This document shows positions 16,102 through 33,956 of a stretch of DNA of 64,000 nucleotides, in pieces. The DNA is taken from the NCBI RefSeq assembly GCF_009914755.1, contig NC_060929.1; one strand, given 5' to 3'. Every line of letters begins with the position of its first letter. The stretch's first letter is position 1. The DNA is from the human T2T-CHM13v2.0 reference genome, Homo sapiens. The position numbers and the translations under genes were made by a program. The notes under the pieces are model-generated. The model ran no database searches and was not told the origin of the DNA. It worked only from the letters and a program-made list of their open reading frames with translations.

Positions 16102-16793
16102 TAACTTAGAGTTAATATAGCGGTGACCAAGATTAGCCCTTCCTCCCGTACAGATTATAGGGATTAATTGTCATTCCCAGATAATAATGTACTCATGGTA
16201 GCCCCAGAACTGAAAACAAGTTTGAAGGGACCACTGGTTTATGGCTAATCAAAACATGGCTGTAATTTTAAGTCAAAGCCATTTTGTCAGCAATTATAGT
16301 AATTGAAGTTGAGATTAGATTTTTGAAACTCTGATGATAATTGTTACTACATATCCAAACTTAAGAGTTTTTGCCTGCAAATGTAAGAGATTTGAAAATA
16401 AATCATTTAATCTTGAAAAAAAATCTTAATGCCAGGGAAGACGTTTTTTAAATACAAATTAACACATTTATTTGTTTTCTGTGCCACATTTTTACCCTAA
16501 GAGCTTGTCATGTTCATCCTAATTTGAGGGAAATTTATAGACCCTCTCCCTTACATATTGTTTGTTCTTCATCCTTAAGCATTCTTTTTCCATTATGATT
16601 TGATAGTAATGAGGATCTGAAAAAGGTGAGTAGAAAGAACCAATTAATGGGAAAATCTACATCTAAAATTCATTTTATTGTAATGCTTAGAAAAACATTT
16701 GCAAATCATGTAACATTTCAGATCATTTGAATAGAATATGGGAAGTGGAATCAGTAAGGTAAGGAGTGGAGTAGGGAACTGAAGGAAAGGAAG

Positions 16794-17119
<326 letters not shown>

Positions 17120-17341
17120 TTAGCTGCTACATTAACATATTAATTCAATTATAGTATATCATCAGTGAAAAGCAAAACAAAGAATGCAACAACACATACA
17201 CACAAGAGAGAAAAAATCTAGTAATGTGGGTGATTGAGCTGATCTAGTTACTTACTGAGCTTGTGCTGTAGTGTTGGTCTCAGTTTCCATGTGCTTCTCA
17301 TTTCCCTGTACCGAATGTGAGGAGGCAAAAAAAGGGGTTAA

Positions 17342-17650
<309 letters not shown>

Positions 17651-18401
17651 TAAGTTGTCTACATTTATCCTTACTTTCCCTGACTTTCCTAAGAGATTTT
17701 CCAGGGTAAATTTAACTATTCTAAATGCATTTATCAGCCAGATGAAATGGCACTCTATTTCAAAATAGCTATACTTAAGATATTTGATGCAGTGATGTTT
17801 TTATTCACTTATTTAAGTGTGTTCATGTATACTTATCTCACCTTAGTATTTACTAGGTCTTGTGTTTTCCTCAAACAAGTCCTTAGGGTGTTAAATCACC
17901 CAGAGGGTTTTAATTAATGACTGGTGGGGACTGAGTGTTTGGGACCTGTTTGTGAGGTCTCTTTTATGCCCTGATCTGTGGCTTTATTCTGTTGCTGTGT
18001 TTGGTTCTTCAGCATTATATAAGCTAGCATGAAATTGAGTCTTCAATTCGATGGGGAATTGAATTTGAACCCTCCAAATAGTAAGCAGTCCTTAAGGTTG
18101 ACAAGAATTCTGTTTGTTAACACCTTGCTGGGAAATAGGCTAAGCTCAAATTTAGGACACTTAAGACCAATAGGTTCACTTCTACTTCAGATAAACTAAA
18201 TAAATTCCTCTCCTAGGGGCAGCTATTTTTGCTATCTTTGTAACACATCCAAGCCAAAGTTTGAGAGCTTGAAAGATTTCTAATATGTTTTCTGATAGGT
18301 TTATTTGTTTTGTTTCTTTTCCTCTTTCCAAATGCCCATACTTAGTTTTCATCAGTAGCAGACATCTTCGTTGAATTTTTGTTAGGAAAATAATTATTAT
18401 A

Positions 18402-18678
18402 TTTTGAGACAGAGTCTCATTCTGTTGCTCAGGCTGGAGTGCAGTGGCGCAATCTTGGCTCATGCAACCTCCACCCTCTGGGCTCAGGTGATCCTCCTGC
18501 CTTAGTCTTCACAGGCAGCTGGGACTGTAGGTGTGCTTGCCACCACGCCCAGCTAATTTTTGTATTTTCAGTACAGACGGGGTTTCACACTGGTCTTGAA
18601 CACCTGACCCCAAGTGATCCGTGTGCCTTGGCCTCCCAAAGTGTTAGGATTACAGGCATGAGCCACCGTATCCAGCCG
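18402..18678 (-). mobile_element. Alu (diverged)
   Basis: Alu reverse complement; TSD ~ggaaaat. Confidence 0.9.
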
Positions 18679-19737
18679 GAAAATTAAATATTTTAATATG
18701 TAATGTCGGCATATAGTAAGCCTTCCCTAGATAAATGGTAATTTTATTATTGGTTTGAATGGCCTGAATGTTTTTCATTTCTTTAATCTTGGTTGTAAGT
18801 ATTGTGATAGATTGTGTTATTGTTTAAAGTATTCACTACCACTGTCTGCAACAGGATTACATATCCAAAAACCACTGGCCAAATGACTTGCTTTATCCAG
18901 TGAAATGTTAGTGGAAATGATATACCATGTCAAACAGGAGCTTTGAGAGCTCTCCTGTGTTTTGTCATATTCCTTTTCCCTCTGATGTGAGGTAGGTGTA
19001 CTCCAGGTGGGGTCTGCTGTTTTAGCCCACATCTTGGATTGTAGACTACATAGTGCAAAGCAGAAACTGATTCTTATTGCAAGATTTTATAAAATATAAA
19101 TTGAGTGAAAAATAAACCTTTGCTGTAAGCCACAAAGGTGTTTGGATTGGTTACCTCAGCATAACAACCTATGCTGACTCTATTTTATATACACTCATAT
19201 TTGCAAGTGAGCAGGTTTTAGCACATGGACCGATATATCAGCAGTGAGGTCGCAAGCTTTTTGAGGACACAACCACATTTTTGTTTATTTGTGTGTACTT
19301 CATGGCATCTAGTGTAATGGCTTGCATGTAGCAGGTAAATGCTTATCTTACAGATGAATAAATACATATTTAGAGATGAGCGATTGTGAGGAAAAGCAGG
19401 GAGCATTACGCAGTGTTTCTTTTAATACCCTCATCAGTGATAGCCAGGTAGGCACTAACCTTTATAAATATGAAGATAAACTATCTACAACACATATTCT
19501 AATTATTTGCAGTGGTCTGAGTGTAGGATATTCACCTAGAACTCTGTTAACTTTTGGATTGAAGTTGTCTTATGAATAGATTTTGTATTCATACACTTTG
19601 ACAAGTGTTCAGACACTTCTTTTGTATTCAAATTTAAAAATGCAAGAGGAAATGAATGTTTGGGAAAGGGTACCCTTGGAACATGAGAACTTTTTTGGAG
19701 TAAGAGTAACTATGCGAAGTTTTAAAGTCAGTAATAC

Positions 19738-20083
<346 letters not shown>

Positions 20084-20414
20084 CTAGAAGAGATCTGTTT
20101 GGGGTGAGGTATACATAGAATTTAGTCAGAATACATATTGTCTGTACTGAATACAAACAATTTCAAATGGAAGAGCTTCTAAAACATGTCCCTTGGTAGA
20201 AGTTGAGAATCGTTTATTCCAAGCAAAATTAATTCCAAGTAGCATTTGTTTTTAATTTACTCTGTATCAGCTACTGTGCCAAGGATTTCACCTGTATTAT
20301 CTCATGTGTTTCCCACAGTAATCCTATCAACTCAGGTGTTGTTATCCTCATTTTTCAGATGAGGAAACAGGTACAGAAGTGAAATTACTTAAGTTTACAT
20401 TGCCAGGAAATGTA

Positions 20415-21066
<652 letters not shown>

Positions 21067-24000
21067 GTCTGATATAGCAGTCTAAATGAATATGTTCACT
21101 TTTGCAGTGAGGAATATTATGTCTGGTAATAATCAGTTCAAACCCTAATGTCCTCTCTGTTTTTTCTGCCTTTTAGCCAAGTGTCTTCTTTATTTGAGAG
21201 ACCATGGAATGCTCTTATCTTTACTGTTGCTGCATGGTTCCATTTGTACAGTGAGAGTTACCAAATGCACAATTAGTTGTTTACTTTTTTAAGCTAATGA
21301 TTTTTTCCCCTAAATTTTGTAATTATTTTTGGTAAGGGACTTTTCATAGGTGACTTATTATACTTTTTTACGCTCTTAAAAAATATATATAACAAGATAT
21401 ACTGGACATTTTTTTTTTCTGTTTTCTTACTGATTCCAGTGATTAGGAAAAACGGTTGTATTGTGTTGTCTTTAAAAACGATTCAGTGTCTGCTATGCTT
21501 TCTGAGTTCTCGTGTCTGCTTTTTAATAGTGTTATATTCTTCCTTGACTGGTCTGCTTCCCTTTAGCAGTTTTAGCACCCCTTTTTCATTTATTATGGAT
21601 TTGAATGTCAAGCAACTAAACCTATTAGAATTTTGTATAAAACAAAGTATGCTTAATGAAATTCTGATGATGGCAGAAGTTTACTTTTTATGATTAAAGA
21701 CTTGAGCTCTTTTAAGGTTAACGAATAATTATATTTAATATATGAGCTCTTGTGACTTTTCTTTTCTAGCTTGTAGAAGTCCATAGATCCTGATGGAACC
21801 TTTTTGAACCTGAATTATGCAGTGACCACATTCTTCATAACAACTTTCATCTAAACATATGAATAATTTAATAAACTATTATAAATTTTTTCTTTTAATA
21901 ACAGAGCAATTCAGAATTCTTGTTTCAAGTTCTATTTTGTTGTCTGTTACTAAGTATTTTGGTAGGTAAATATGACTTTAGGTTCTTTAGAACTAGTTAG
22001 TTGCTCAAAGGTAACCTTTTCTTCTTGTCTGTACTCACTAGACTTAATTTTTCTTTTATGGGCTCATTCTCCAGTTCACTGGTTTTTAAACCCTTGTGCA
22101 TCAAAATTATCTGTCGGGTGCCTAAAAAATTCAGATGCCTTGCCCCCCAGTCTATATTGGTTCAGTAAGTTTAGGTTGAGGCTTAGCTCTATGGTGATTC
22201 TAATGGGAAGCTAGGGCTGAAAACGGATTAAAAAAAAAGTTTCCATATTATATCTTGTAAGACTTAGGAAATATATTTTTCCTTGGGAGAGAGTTCAGGG
22301 AGATTTCCAGAAACAAAAATTCTTCCATTTTTGCATATTTTTCTATTCTAAATTAAGTTTTATGCTTTTCACCCATGCACATAAGAGGTATTTTCTTGGG
22401 GAAAGTTTCCTTAGAGGGAAAAAAGGCATTTTGATAATTTTGGAGAAAGCAGGCCATATTACTCTCTCTCTAGAGACTCTTATTCTTCCTTTTGGAAGGG
22501 CTCAGGTTTAATATAGCACAGCTGTTGAACTCTGCCCTTCAAAATTTTAAGAAAGTGTTTTATCCTTTAAAATGGAAAAGGCTTTTTTAGGAAGGTGGTC
22601 TTTCACTGGATGTAGTTCTCTAAGAAAGTTTCATGCTTCTCTACTCTTTTGTGTTTGAATCGTTTCAAATGTTGAGAGAACTGTCTCTGGGAGTAAAATC
22701 TGGCTGCTTTTGCAATATATTTTCTGTATTCTTAAACAAAGCTATATGAAGAGTTTATTTCTTTGTGTTTTCTAGGACTCAAAAATATGTTTTTTCCTTT
22801 ATTCAGCCACTTCACACATAAGTAAATGGTCCTTGAATAGGGCTTACTGGACAAAAGATTCTGTTCTAGATGACTGTTCAGCAAGCCATATGCTTCTCCT
22901 AAAAATGTCAGTCTGTCTTGATGAGCTTTAAAGTGAATACAGATGTTTTGGCTCTTTTGAGGACTACCACTCTTTGTATGGAAAGAGTACTTCTTTTTCA
23001 AGTGATCTCTTCAATATACTTACAGGAATTTGCATGAAATTTATGACTTTTGCCTTTTAAGTCTAATAAGATTAGACTTAGACATGTGTAATTTGAATTT
23101 AATTTTAATATTCGTAGTACAAATGAGATTTGGGGAATAAAATACATTTCATAATATGGCTTTTTGTTCAGATTTTGTATTCAACCTTTTAAAAAATGTG
23201 AAAGTGCTTTGTAATATTTACTTTTGTGCAATAAAAAGTGATATTTTGGCAGGCAAGGTTACCTTTTTAGATGTTCAGTGTCTTCTATCTTTGTAGGTTA
23301 ACTCTGGAGTTATAGTTCATAGATTTATGTAATATTTAAGTTGGAAGAAAACTCTAGAATCATTAAGTCCAACCCTTTATTTAATGCAAGAATCCCTAGA
23401 ACTTCCTGCTTCTTGATTATCTAGTTGTTGAGGAAGTTTGGTGACTTTCTGATAACCCCAGAAAACACACTATACGTTTAGACTTACTGGTAAGTGATGT
23501 TTTTCTTTGAAACTGTATAGAACAAGTTTAACCCCGTATACACTTGTCAGCCCTTCAGATAATTGAAGACATTTGTCATCACTCATTCTTCCTTCAAGTC
23601 TGTGCTCCAGGCTTAGCACGTCCAGTTTGTTTACTCTTTATTAATGATCAAATTTCCTGACGCTTTACTACCTCTTGGTACCCCTTAGGATGTTTTCCAT
23701 TTTGTCAGTGTTGATCTTTGAACTATGTACTGTACTTTTATTTAAATGAGATTATCAGAGATGATAGTTTCATGAGCTGAGATTGAATTAAGGAAAAAAG
23801 TTGACTCTAGGTTGGATTTATTTTATATTATTTTTAAAATTATAAAGAAAAATTAACTGTTTTCCTTTTGGTGTATACTTCTTAGAGTTTTAACACATGT
23901 ATGGGTTATGTGTAACCACCACCATAATCCTAGTACAGAATACAGTGTAATATGCAGATAACTGTTTTACTGTATTGTTTCAGGGTGCAGAATACCAAAA

Positions 24001-24416
24001 GACTTCATTACCCCAAGACTCCCTCATGTTATCCTTCCCTGACCGCTGTAATCCCTGTCCACAGTTATCTTTTTTCATCTTTATAGTTTTACAGTTTTGA
24101 GACTGTAATATAAATGTAGTCATATATAACCTTTTGAGATTGTCTTTTTTTATTCAGCCTGGTGCCTTTGAACTTCATATAAGTTTCATGTATCGACAGT
24201 TTGTTCCTTTTTACTGCTAAGTAGTATTCCGTTATGTGGAGGTACCACAGTTTATCCATTTACCTATTGAAGGACATATGAATTATTTCAGGTTTTTGGC
24301 AGTGTAAATAGAGCTTCTGTACAGGATTTTATGTGAATTATGATTTTGTTTCTCTAGAGTAAATACCTGGGTAGAAGATTCCTGGGTCATAGCTAAGTGT
24401 ATGTTTAATTTTATAA

Positions 24417-24828
<412 letters not shown>

Positions 24829-25782
24829 TGTGTTTTTTATTTTAGCCATTCTAGTAGGTGTTTAATGGTATTTCATTACGGATTTTTATTTTGGAATGGC
24901 TTTATTTAGCTATAATTTATATATTATAAAATTTACTCATATAAAGTATACAATTTGACTGGTTTTCATATATTCCCAGAATTGTACAACCAAAACCACA
25001 ATTTTAGAACATTTCCATCACTCAAACTCTGTACCCATTAGCAGTCGCTTCTCCCCCAGTCCTAGATAACGACTAACCTTCTTTTTGTTTCTACAGATTT
25101 GCCTATTCTGGACATTTTATACAAATGCAGTCATATAATATATGGTCTTTTGTGACAGGCTTGTTTCAGTTAGCATAATGTTTTCAAGGTTTATCCAAGT
25201 TGTAGCATGTACCAGTACTTTATTCCTTTTTATTGAAGAATAGTATTCTATTGTATGGACAAACCACATTTTATTTTTGAGGGACATCTGGATTGTTTCT
25301 ACCTTCTGGCTACATGAATAGTGTTCTGTGGACATTCAGATACAAGATTTTATGTCAACATATGTTTTTATTGTTTTGGGTATATACCTCGGAGTAGAAT
25401 TGCAGGATAATGTAATAACTCTATATTTAGCCTTTTGAGTAACTGTCAGACTGTTTTCCAAAGTGGCTGCACTATTTTACATTCCCACCAGCAGTGAATG
25501 AGGGTTCCAGTGTCTTTGTATCCTCTCCAACTTTGTTATTATCTATCTTTTTGAAGTTATAACTATCCTAGTGAGTATAAGGTGGTACCTCATTCTGGTT
25601 TTGACTTGTACTTCTATGATGGCTAACTCATTGTGGTTTTAATATGCATTTCTCTAATGGCAAATGATGTTGAACTTTGGTGAAGTATCTGTTTATGTCT
25701 TTTGCCCATTTTTAATCATGTTATTTTCTTATTGTTCAGCTTTTATAGTTCCTAAAATATTCTGGATACAAATTCTTTGTCA

Positions 25783-26289
25783 TGTATGGGAAAAAATATA
25801 TCTCTCTAGGTTCATGGTTGAGCCCCCTACAACTAAAGACAGATGAAGAAGAGAAAAGCATACACATGTATTTAATATAAATTTGTGTAACATGGGAGCT
25901 TTCATAAGGAGATAAATATCCAAAGAAACAGTTAAACTTGTATATTTTTATGCTTAGGTTTGGTGAAGAGTAGATAGGGAGAAATATGATAGAACAAAGG
26001 GGATTTGGTATATGGTAATAAGCTGGGGGAAACAGCAAAGCCAGTTTGTTCTGATTCGTCTCTGACTGACCATTTGTCTTCAGAGATAACAATGTTCCTT
26101 TCTTTCTGATATAGGGAAGACACCTCTCACATGAGAGTTTTATAGGGAAGGTTAGATAATCCTAGATTTTATAACCTACTTCAGAGAAGAAGGGATGGGG
26201 GAAGAAGGTCAAAGGTACCTTCCTACTTCGGCCGTTTTTCAGTATTACAAGGTGGCACATTTTGGGGTAGCATGTCCTGAACTCTACCA
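25783..26289 (-). mobile_element. Solo ERV1 LTR (MER34/MER39-like)
   Basis: Reverse complement starts tggtagagttcaggacatgctaccccaaaatgtgccacc; it interrupts otherwise continuous L1 sequence. Confidence 0.65.
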
Positions 26290-26494
26290 ATCAGATGTGT
26301 AATTTTCAAATATTTTCTTCTAATCTGTAGTTTTTCTTTTTCATTCTTTAACATTATCTTTCACAAAGTAAAAGTTTTAAATTTTGATGAAGTTAGTTTA
26401 CTAGTATTTTTCCTTTTAATGATTGTGCTTTCGTTGTTGAGCTCTTTGCCTAACCCCAGGCTGTGAAGATTTTTTTCTGTATTGTCTTCTTGAA

Positions 26495-27119
26495 GTTTTT
26501 TTTTTTTTTGGCGGAGTCTCGCCCTGTTGCCCAGGCTGGAGTGCAGTGGCGCAATCTTGGCTTACTGCAACCTCTGCCTCCTGGGTTCAAGTGGATTCTC
26601 CTGCCTCAGCCTCCCAAGTAGCTGGGATTACAGGCATGTGCCACCATGCCTGGCTAAGTTTTTGTATCTTTAGTAGAGACGGGGTTTCACCATGTTGGCC
26701 AGGCTGGTCTCGAACTCCCGACCTCGTGATCCACCTGCCTTGGCCTCCCAAAGTGCTGGGATTAGAGGCGTGAGCTACCGTGCCTGGCCTTTGTTGTTTT
26801 TTGTTTTTTTTTTTTTGTTTTTTTTTTTTTAAGAGACCAGGTCTTGCTCTGTTACTCAGGCTATAGGGTAGTGGTATGATAATGGCTTACTGCAGCCTTG
26901 ACTTCCCGGACTCTAGCGATTCTTTCCCACCTCAGCCTCCTGAGTAGCCAAGACTACAGGTGCATACCACCATGCCTCGCTAATTTTTATATTTTTTTTG
27001 TAGACATGGGTGTCTCCCTATGTTGCCCAGGCTGGTCTTGAACTCCTGGGTTCAAGCAGTCCTCCTGCCTAGGCTCCCCAAAGTACTGGGATTACAGGTG
27101 TGAGCCACTGCACCTGGCC
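26495..27119 (-). mobile_element. Two tandem antisense Alus (S-like 26495-26789; J-like 26790-27119)
   Basis: Two consecutive poly-T plus Alu reverse-complement units. Confidence 0.93.
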
Positions 27120-27422
27120 CATCCTTCTTTTTGAAAATTGTAGCTATTTTAGTTCCCTTCCATCATTTAGAATCAGCTCTTTTATATCTATGAAATCCTG
27201 CTAGGGTTTTGATTGTATTGCATTAAATCTATAGATTAATTTGGGAAAAGTTGACATTTCTGCTGTGTTGAATCTTTCAATCCATAAACATGGTATGTCT
27301 CTTTATTTATTTATCTAATCAGTGTTGTAGTTTTGAGCGTGCAGATCCTGTATATGTTTCGTTAGATTTATGCCTAACTATCTCAATTTGGGGGAGCTGT
27401 GGTAAAGAGCATTGCTTTTAAA

Positions 27423-27736
27423 ATTTTCTTTTCTTTATTTTTTATTTTTTAGAGACAGGGCCTTGCTCTGTCATCCAGGCTGGAGTGCAGTGGTGCAATC
27501 ATAGCTCACTACATCCCTGAGCTCCTGGGCTTAAGCAGTCCTCCCACCTCAGCCTCCCAGGCAGCTGCGACTATAGGCATGTACCACTAAGCTTGACTAA
27601 TTTTCTTATTTTATTTTTTTGTAGAGACAGGTTGCTATATTGCCCATGCTTGTCTCAAACTCCTGACCTCAGGTGATCCTCCTTCCTCGGCCTCCCAGAA
27701 TGCTAGGATTATAGACATGAGTTATTGCATCCAGCC
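27423..27736 (-). mobile_element. AluJ-like
   Basis: Diverged Alu reverse complement (atcatagctcact, ctcccacctcagcc). Confidence 0.9.
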
Positions 27737-29266
27737 TAAATTTTATTTTGAAATTGTATATTGCTGTATATAGAAGTGTGATTGATTTTTGTGGTTGACT
27801 TTGTATCCTGTGACCTTGCCACATTTATTTGTTACATAAAGTTATATAAGTTTTTTGTAGATTCTTTGGGCTTTCTAAGAAAATAATCATGCAGTCCGTG
27901 AATAGGGAAATTTTGTTTCTTCCTTTCCAATCACTAGGTCTTTTATTTCTTTTTCATTTCCAGGAGGATGTTAAGAATGGTAACAGCAGACATTCTTTTC
28001 ATTTACCAATCTTAAGGGAAAGCATTCAGTTTTTCACCTTTACGTATAATGTTAGCTAAAGGTTTTTTGTAGAAATACCCTTTATTAGATTGAGGAGGTT
28101 CCCTTCTGCTTCTGCTTTGCTAACAGTTTTCATCAAGAATGGATGTGTCTAATGCCTTTTATGCATCAATTGGTGTAGTCTTGTTTTTCTTCTTTAGACT
28201 GTTAATGTGGTAGATTGATTTTCAAATATTGAATCAGCTTGCATTCTCAATAAACCCCACTTAGTTGTGGTGTTGAATTCTTTTCGTATACTGGCATATT
28301 TGGTTTCCTAATACTTTGTTGAAGATTTTTACATCTGTGTTTATGAAGAATACTGATCTGTAGTTTGTTTCTTTTTTATTTTGGTACTGTGTTTAGATTT
28401 GGTATCAGGGTAATGCTGGACTCATAAAATGAGCTGGGAAATTTTTCATCATCTTTTCTTTTGAATTGCTTTAGTTTCATGCTACAAATTTAGATATGTT
28501 GTATTTTCATTTGGTTCAAAATATTTTATTTCCCTTGAGACTTCCTTTTTGATCTGTAAATTATTTAGAGGTGTTTTGTTTAATTTCCATGTATTTGGAT
28601 GCTTTCTTTTTTTTGTTATTTATTTTTTGTTTATATTATATTCGGAGAACCCAATTCCCTGGGGTTTCCTTTATCAATGTCCATCCAGAAATTGTGGCTA
28701 TCATTAAGTTGCACTGTAGTTGCACCTAAATCAGGGACTAAGGGACTAGAGGACAGAGAGAGAAAAAAACAGAAAAGCAATGGGTGTTGGCCCCACCTTT
28801 TCAGAACCACAGCTCCAGCGGACTTAGAAGAAGAACCCTCCTTCAGATTTTTGGCTCCCGCACATTTCCATTGTTGCCACCGCATGTGGCTATAGGATTG
28901 CCTATGGCTGATTCATGGTGTATGAGAGAAAAGAGAAGAAAATGGGGATTTTCTATCATTTCTCTGAGCACTTGTTTCTTTTCTTGCTCCTTGAGGCCGA
29001 GTGCTTCTGGAGAATTGCTCATTTCATGTTTCCAGCCGCATTTAAGTTCAGGCTGGGGACATTCAAGGGAAAAGCTATTTCAGACTCACTGCTAGTTCAG
29101 TGGTCCTTTGAGTTCTGATGATCTTCCCTGATCTGCCTGCTATTTCCTTTTCAGAGCCTTCAAACAGCTGCTCCATGCATCCTTTCCAGATTTCATGGTT
29201 GCATTCAGTGGGAGATACAGGGTACAGTGTGCTTGCTACATCTTACTCAGGACAAGCCCATCCTAG

Positions 29267-29680
<414 letters not shown>

Positions 29681-30849
29681 TAAATGATCAGATTCTTAAC
29701 CAGTTGATTCTCAACTGTGGTGGGAGAAAGGGAGGAATTCACATACCATAATCTTGGAAATGGCATAAAGAAAGGGTTTCACAATACATGTACTTGTGGT
29801 TGAAAATCATGACTTTTATTTAAAGATGTTGCCCATGTAAGTGATGCAGAGGCAGGAAAATACATTGAATCACTGGTTTAGACCATCAAACAATAAATCT
29901 TCTTTGAGAGGGTGTAGAGGTCAGAGATCTATTTAGAGTAAATGATGGAAGTTTTGGTGACTTTTCTCTAGAAATAGATACAGTCATATGTATAAAATCA
30001 GAGTGGGGGATTAATGGATCCCAGGCTTTGTAGCCCTTCCATAGATAGTATTAGGTCTTATACAGTGTTTTGTTTATACTCGTGTTCAAGTTCTTGTGTT
30101 AAACCTTTCTCACAAGTTACAGAAACCTAAAATCTCAGATGGCTGGCTTAGGCAAGAAGAGAGAATTGGTTTACATTACCAAGCAATGGAAAGGGTAAGG
30201 GTGCACCTAGCTAGTCTCAGGGACCTAAGCTAGAAAGCCACCAGGTTCTTTTTCTAGTTTGTCTCTGTCTGTCTCTGAATGACAGCTACTATTTCAGATT
30301 GTTTTTTTCCCATGTGGTAGATACTATAACTGATAGAAATTTCTTCAGGTTTATATCTCCATAGCTTTATTACCAGGGAGGGACTGAAAATCCCTTTCTC
30401 TGATACCAAGTTTAAAAATCCTGGAGAAATACTTGATTTGAGTCAGATTAAACACACTAAGGGTTTACAAAAAATACTCAATGTTTGTAATTCTTCTTAT
30501 ACTGCTGTATCGTATGAATATAGATCATAGGAACCTTGAGAGTGAGATGTAATAAAAGCTGGGACCTCCTAGTCAAAAATTTAGAACAGGAATATTTTGT
30601 GTAGTGTTATCTTCGGGAAACAAAGTTTGTGTATGTTTTATGGGTTAAACTATCTTTTTTCCTAATGAATTCTGAGACTTTGCTAATGTTTGTTCACCCA
30701 TTCAACAAATATTTGTATTTCTTTTCTAGCTTCAAAGGCTGCATTTCTACAGACTTGAGTAGGATGTATGCTCTTGGAACATCTGTTTTGAGGATTAGCA
30801 GTGTTCAAGCAAAGGCCAAATACTCATTTCTCGGGGTTTGTGTAGGGCT

Positions 30850-31285
30850 TCACCTTAGTTTGTCTTCTCCTTGAGTAGAGTCTGAGACAAAGACATAAGC
30901 CTAGGTGGTTTATTTGAGAGCTTGCCTGGGAAGTAGGAGTGAGAAGCCTGGGGAGTGAGAGAGGGAACAAAAAAGTATGATGTTGCGATTGTTGCTGTGA
31001 GCAGTAGAGAAACCTCCTGAGCAGTGTGTAGAATGCTACCCAGTATTACCCATTTGAAAGGTGGAAGGCTTGACCATTTATCCATAAGTTCTCATTCCCT
31101 TTTGATTAAAGGTGTTAACTCTTTTGTGCTTTAAGCTATACTTGTGCTTCTGAAGATGTTGAGGCGTAATGGGCTCACTTGAGGTGGGATGCTAGAGGAT
31201 AATGGGAGTATGAATTCCTGCAGCTGTGGCTGAAATGACACATGGGCCAAGGGAGTGTGACATGAGCTTCAAAGGTGTCTGTTAC
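30850..31285. mobile_element. Possible old ERVL LTR (LTR16-like)
   Basis: gagtctgagacaaagac..ggtggtttatttgagag resembles LTR16-type ends; heavily diverged. Confidence 0.4.
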
Positions 31286-32334
31286 AGGACCTTATAACTA
31301 AAGAGTCTCTATAGTCTGCTATTTTTTTTTTTTGGTCCTAGTAAGGGGTCTAATATCTATTGTTTATTGTGCACTTAGGCATTGAGGTAATTACTTTAGA
31401 TATATTGTTTCATCTCACTAAAGTAAACATCTAATTTTAGATGGTCTCTTGGTGATTATATTATAGTTTGATATTTTCCCAGGGTTGTAAAAGAATTCAC
31501 CCGTATTGGAATTTGTTTTACTCACCTGTTCTGAAGGGTATGCCAAAGGATTTGGAAATTGAGGTCTTCCAACTCACTTAACTATAAATAATAATCTCAT
31601 GGGAAGAGATAGTTTCTTCTATATAATGTTATGTTTAAGGAATTCATGATAGCAGAATATTCCTATGCTATGTGCCAGGGTAGTTGACCCGGGATTGTGT
31701 ATAACATCCCAGCTAACAAAGATCAACCTACAGTTTTCTTTGAATTTGGTATCCTAGATGATCTAATTCTCCAGATGAGCATATATTTTCTCTTCAGTGA
31801 TACTGCCTAAAAGACTTAGGGTAGTTAAGAGAATTTTCTTCAACAGCTGCCTTTTAGTCTTGCTCCTGTCCCACTTTCATCTCTGACTGATTATCATTGT
31901 GATAGTCTTGTCTTCCATTTTATTAATGTCTCAGCATACCATTTTAGTTCATAGTTCTTACTAGAATGGATACAACATGCATCTGAGTTTATTTAACAAA
32001 TTTTAGATTCTTCTTTCCTTAGTTGAGACTTTAAACATTGTTATTCTGTTGCTGATGAAGTCCATGGTTTATGTCTGTCTTAGTTACTGCTTGTAAGTGG
32101 CCCCTTATTAAGGCTCAAGTTTTTATTTTGGTTCTAGATTTAGTTTTTTGGCTTAAAGTTCAAATTCTTATTGTGGCCAACTCCCTTAATAGACTCTTAC
32201 CAGTGTCCTTGACCCTAGCTTTGGGAAAGACTACTTTCTAGAAATTTTCTGTTGGCTCATGATATTAGCCATGCTGTCAGGCTGTATTCTTACCCTTCTC
32301 ATACTTGAGCTACTCTATTGGACCCGTCATGTCA

Positions 32335-32530
32335 GTCTAGCAGACTAGTTAAGAACACACATTTTAGAGTCAACTCTACCTACATTTGAGTTCCTGGTCT
32401 GATACTTGCTAACTGTGCTTTCCTTGTTTCTGTGTCCTGTTCCGTAAAATGGACATAATACTTCCTGTTTTGTAAAGTATATAAAATGCATAGTACAGTG
32501 CTCGGCATATGCTATAAGTGCCTGAAAAAT
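32335..32530. mobile_element. MIR
   Basis: gttaagaacaca..agagtca..ctgttccgtaaaatgg..tacagtgctcggcata. Confidence 0.65.
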
Positions 32531-33250
32531 TATAAAAAGAACATTATCATCACTGTCCTGCTCCTCCTCGATGTCATCATCATTATTCTTTCTTTTGTAG
32601 CTTCTTTTCCTTTTTGCTTCTTTCTCCCTCTCTACTTTTCTTACTTTCTTTTTTCTTTCTTTTGGTAAATCTTAACTAGATTCCAATTTCGTGTTTTGGT
32701 TTATCAGAACATCCTGGATTTCGTCTTACTTATTTGCAGTATTTTATGCATAAATATATAATAGAATTTTGTGCACCTGGCTTTTTCCAAATTGTGACCT
32801 CCCGTGCACTCCCCAACCCACAACAATCTATCTTTAGCATCTACCATTCCACTGAAATAGCTTTGATCAAGGTCAGCAGTGACCCTGTTGCTAATTGAAT
32901 ATTTTCTTCTCAGTCCTTATCTTACGTGACCTTTACCATCCAAAGAGATGACTGTCTCATTCTTGAAAGATTCTTCCCTTGACTTCTGTTTTGGCTTTAC
33001 TCCGTCTCAGTTTTCTTTCAGAATACATTTATCTTTTGCCCATTCATTGAACTATCATTGTTTCTTAAGAGTTTGATTTATACCTTTTTACGCTTTCTAA
33101 AATGTTTCAAATTAGATAATATTTTATATACACATGAATATATGTATCATATATATGTTAGGAACCATAATAGCCAAATGAATTCTTGTGAACCCACCAT
33201 CCAATTTACACACTAGACAATTACCAGTACCTTTATTTTTGTATATTCTC

Positions 33251-33956
<706 letters not shown>

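Noticed and set aside
28599-29118. Cluster of overlapping ORFs next to the L1
   Set aside because: No recognisable protein or exon structure; probably decayed repeat sequence that I could not classify.
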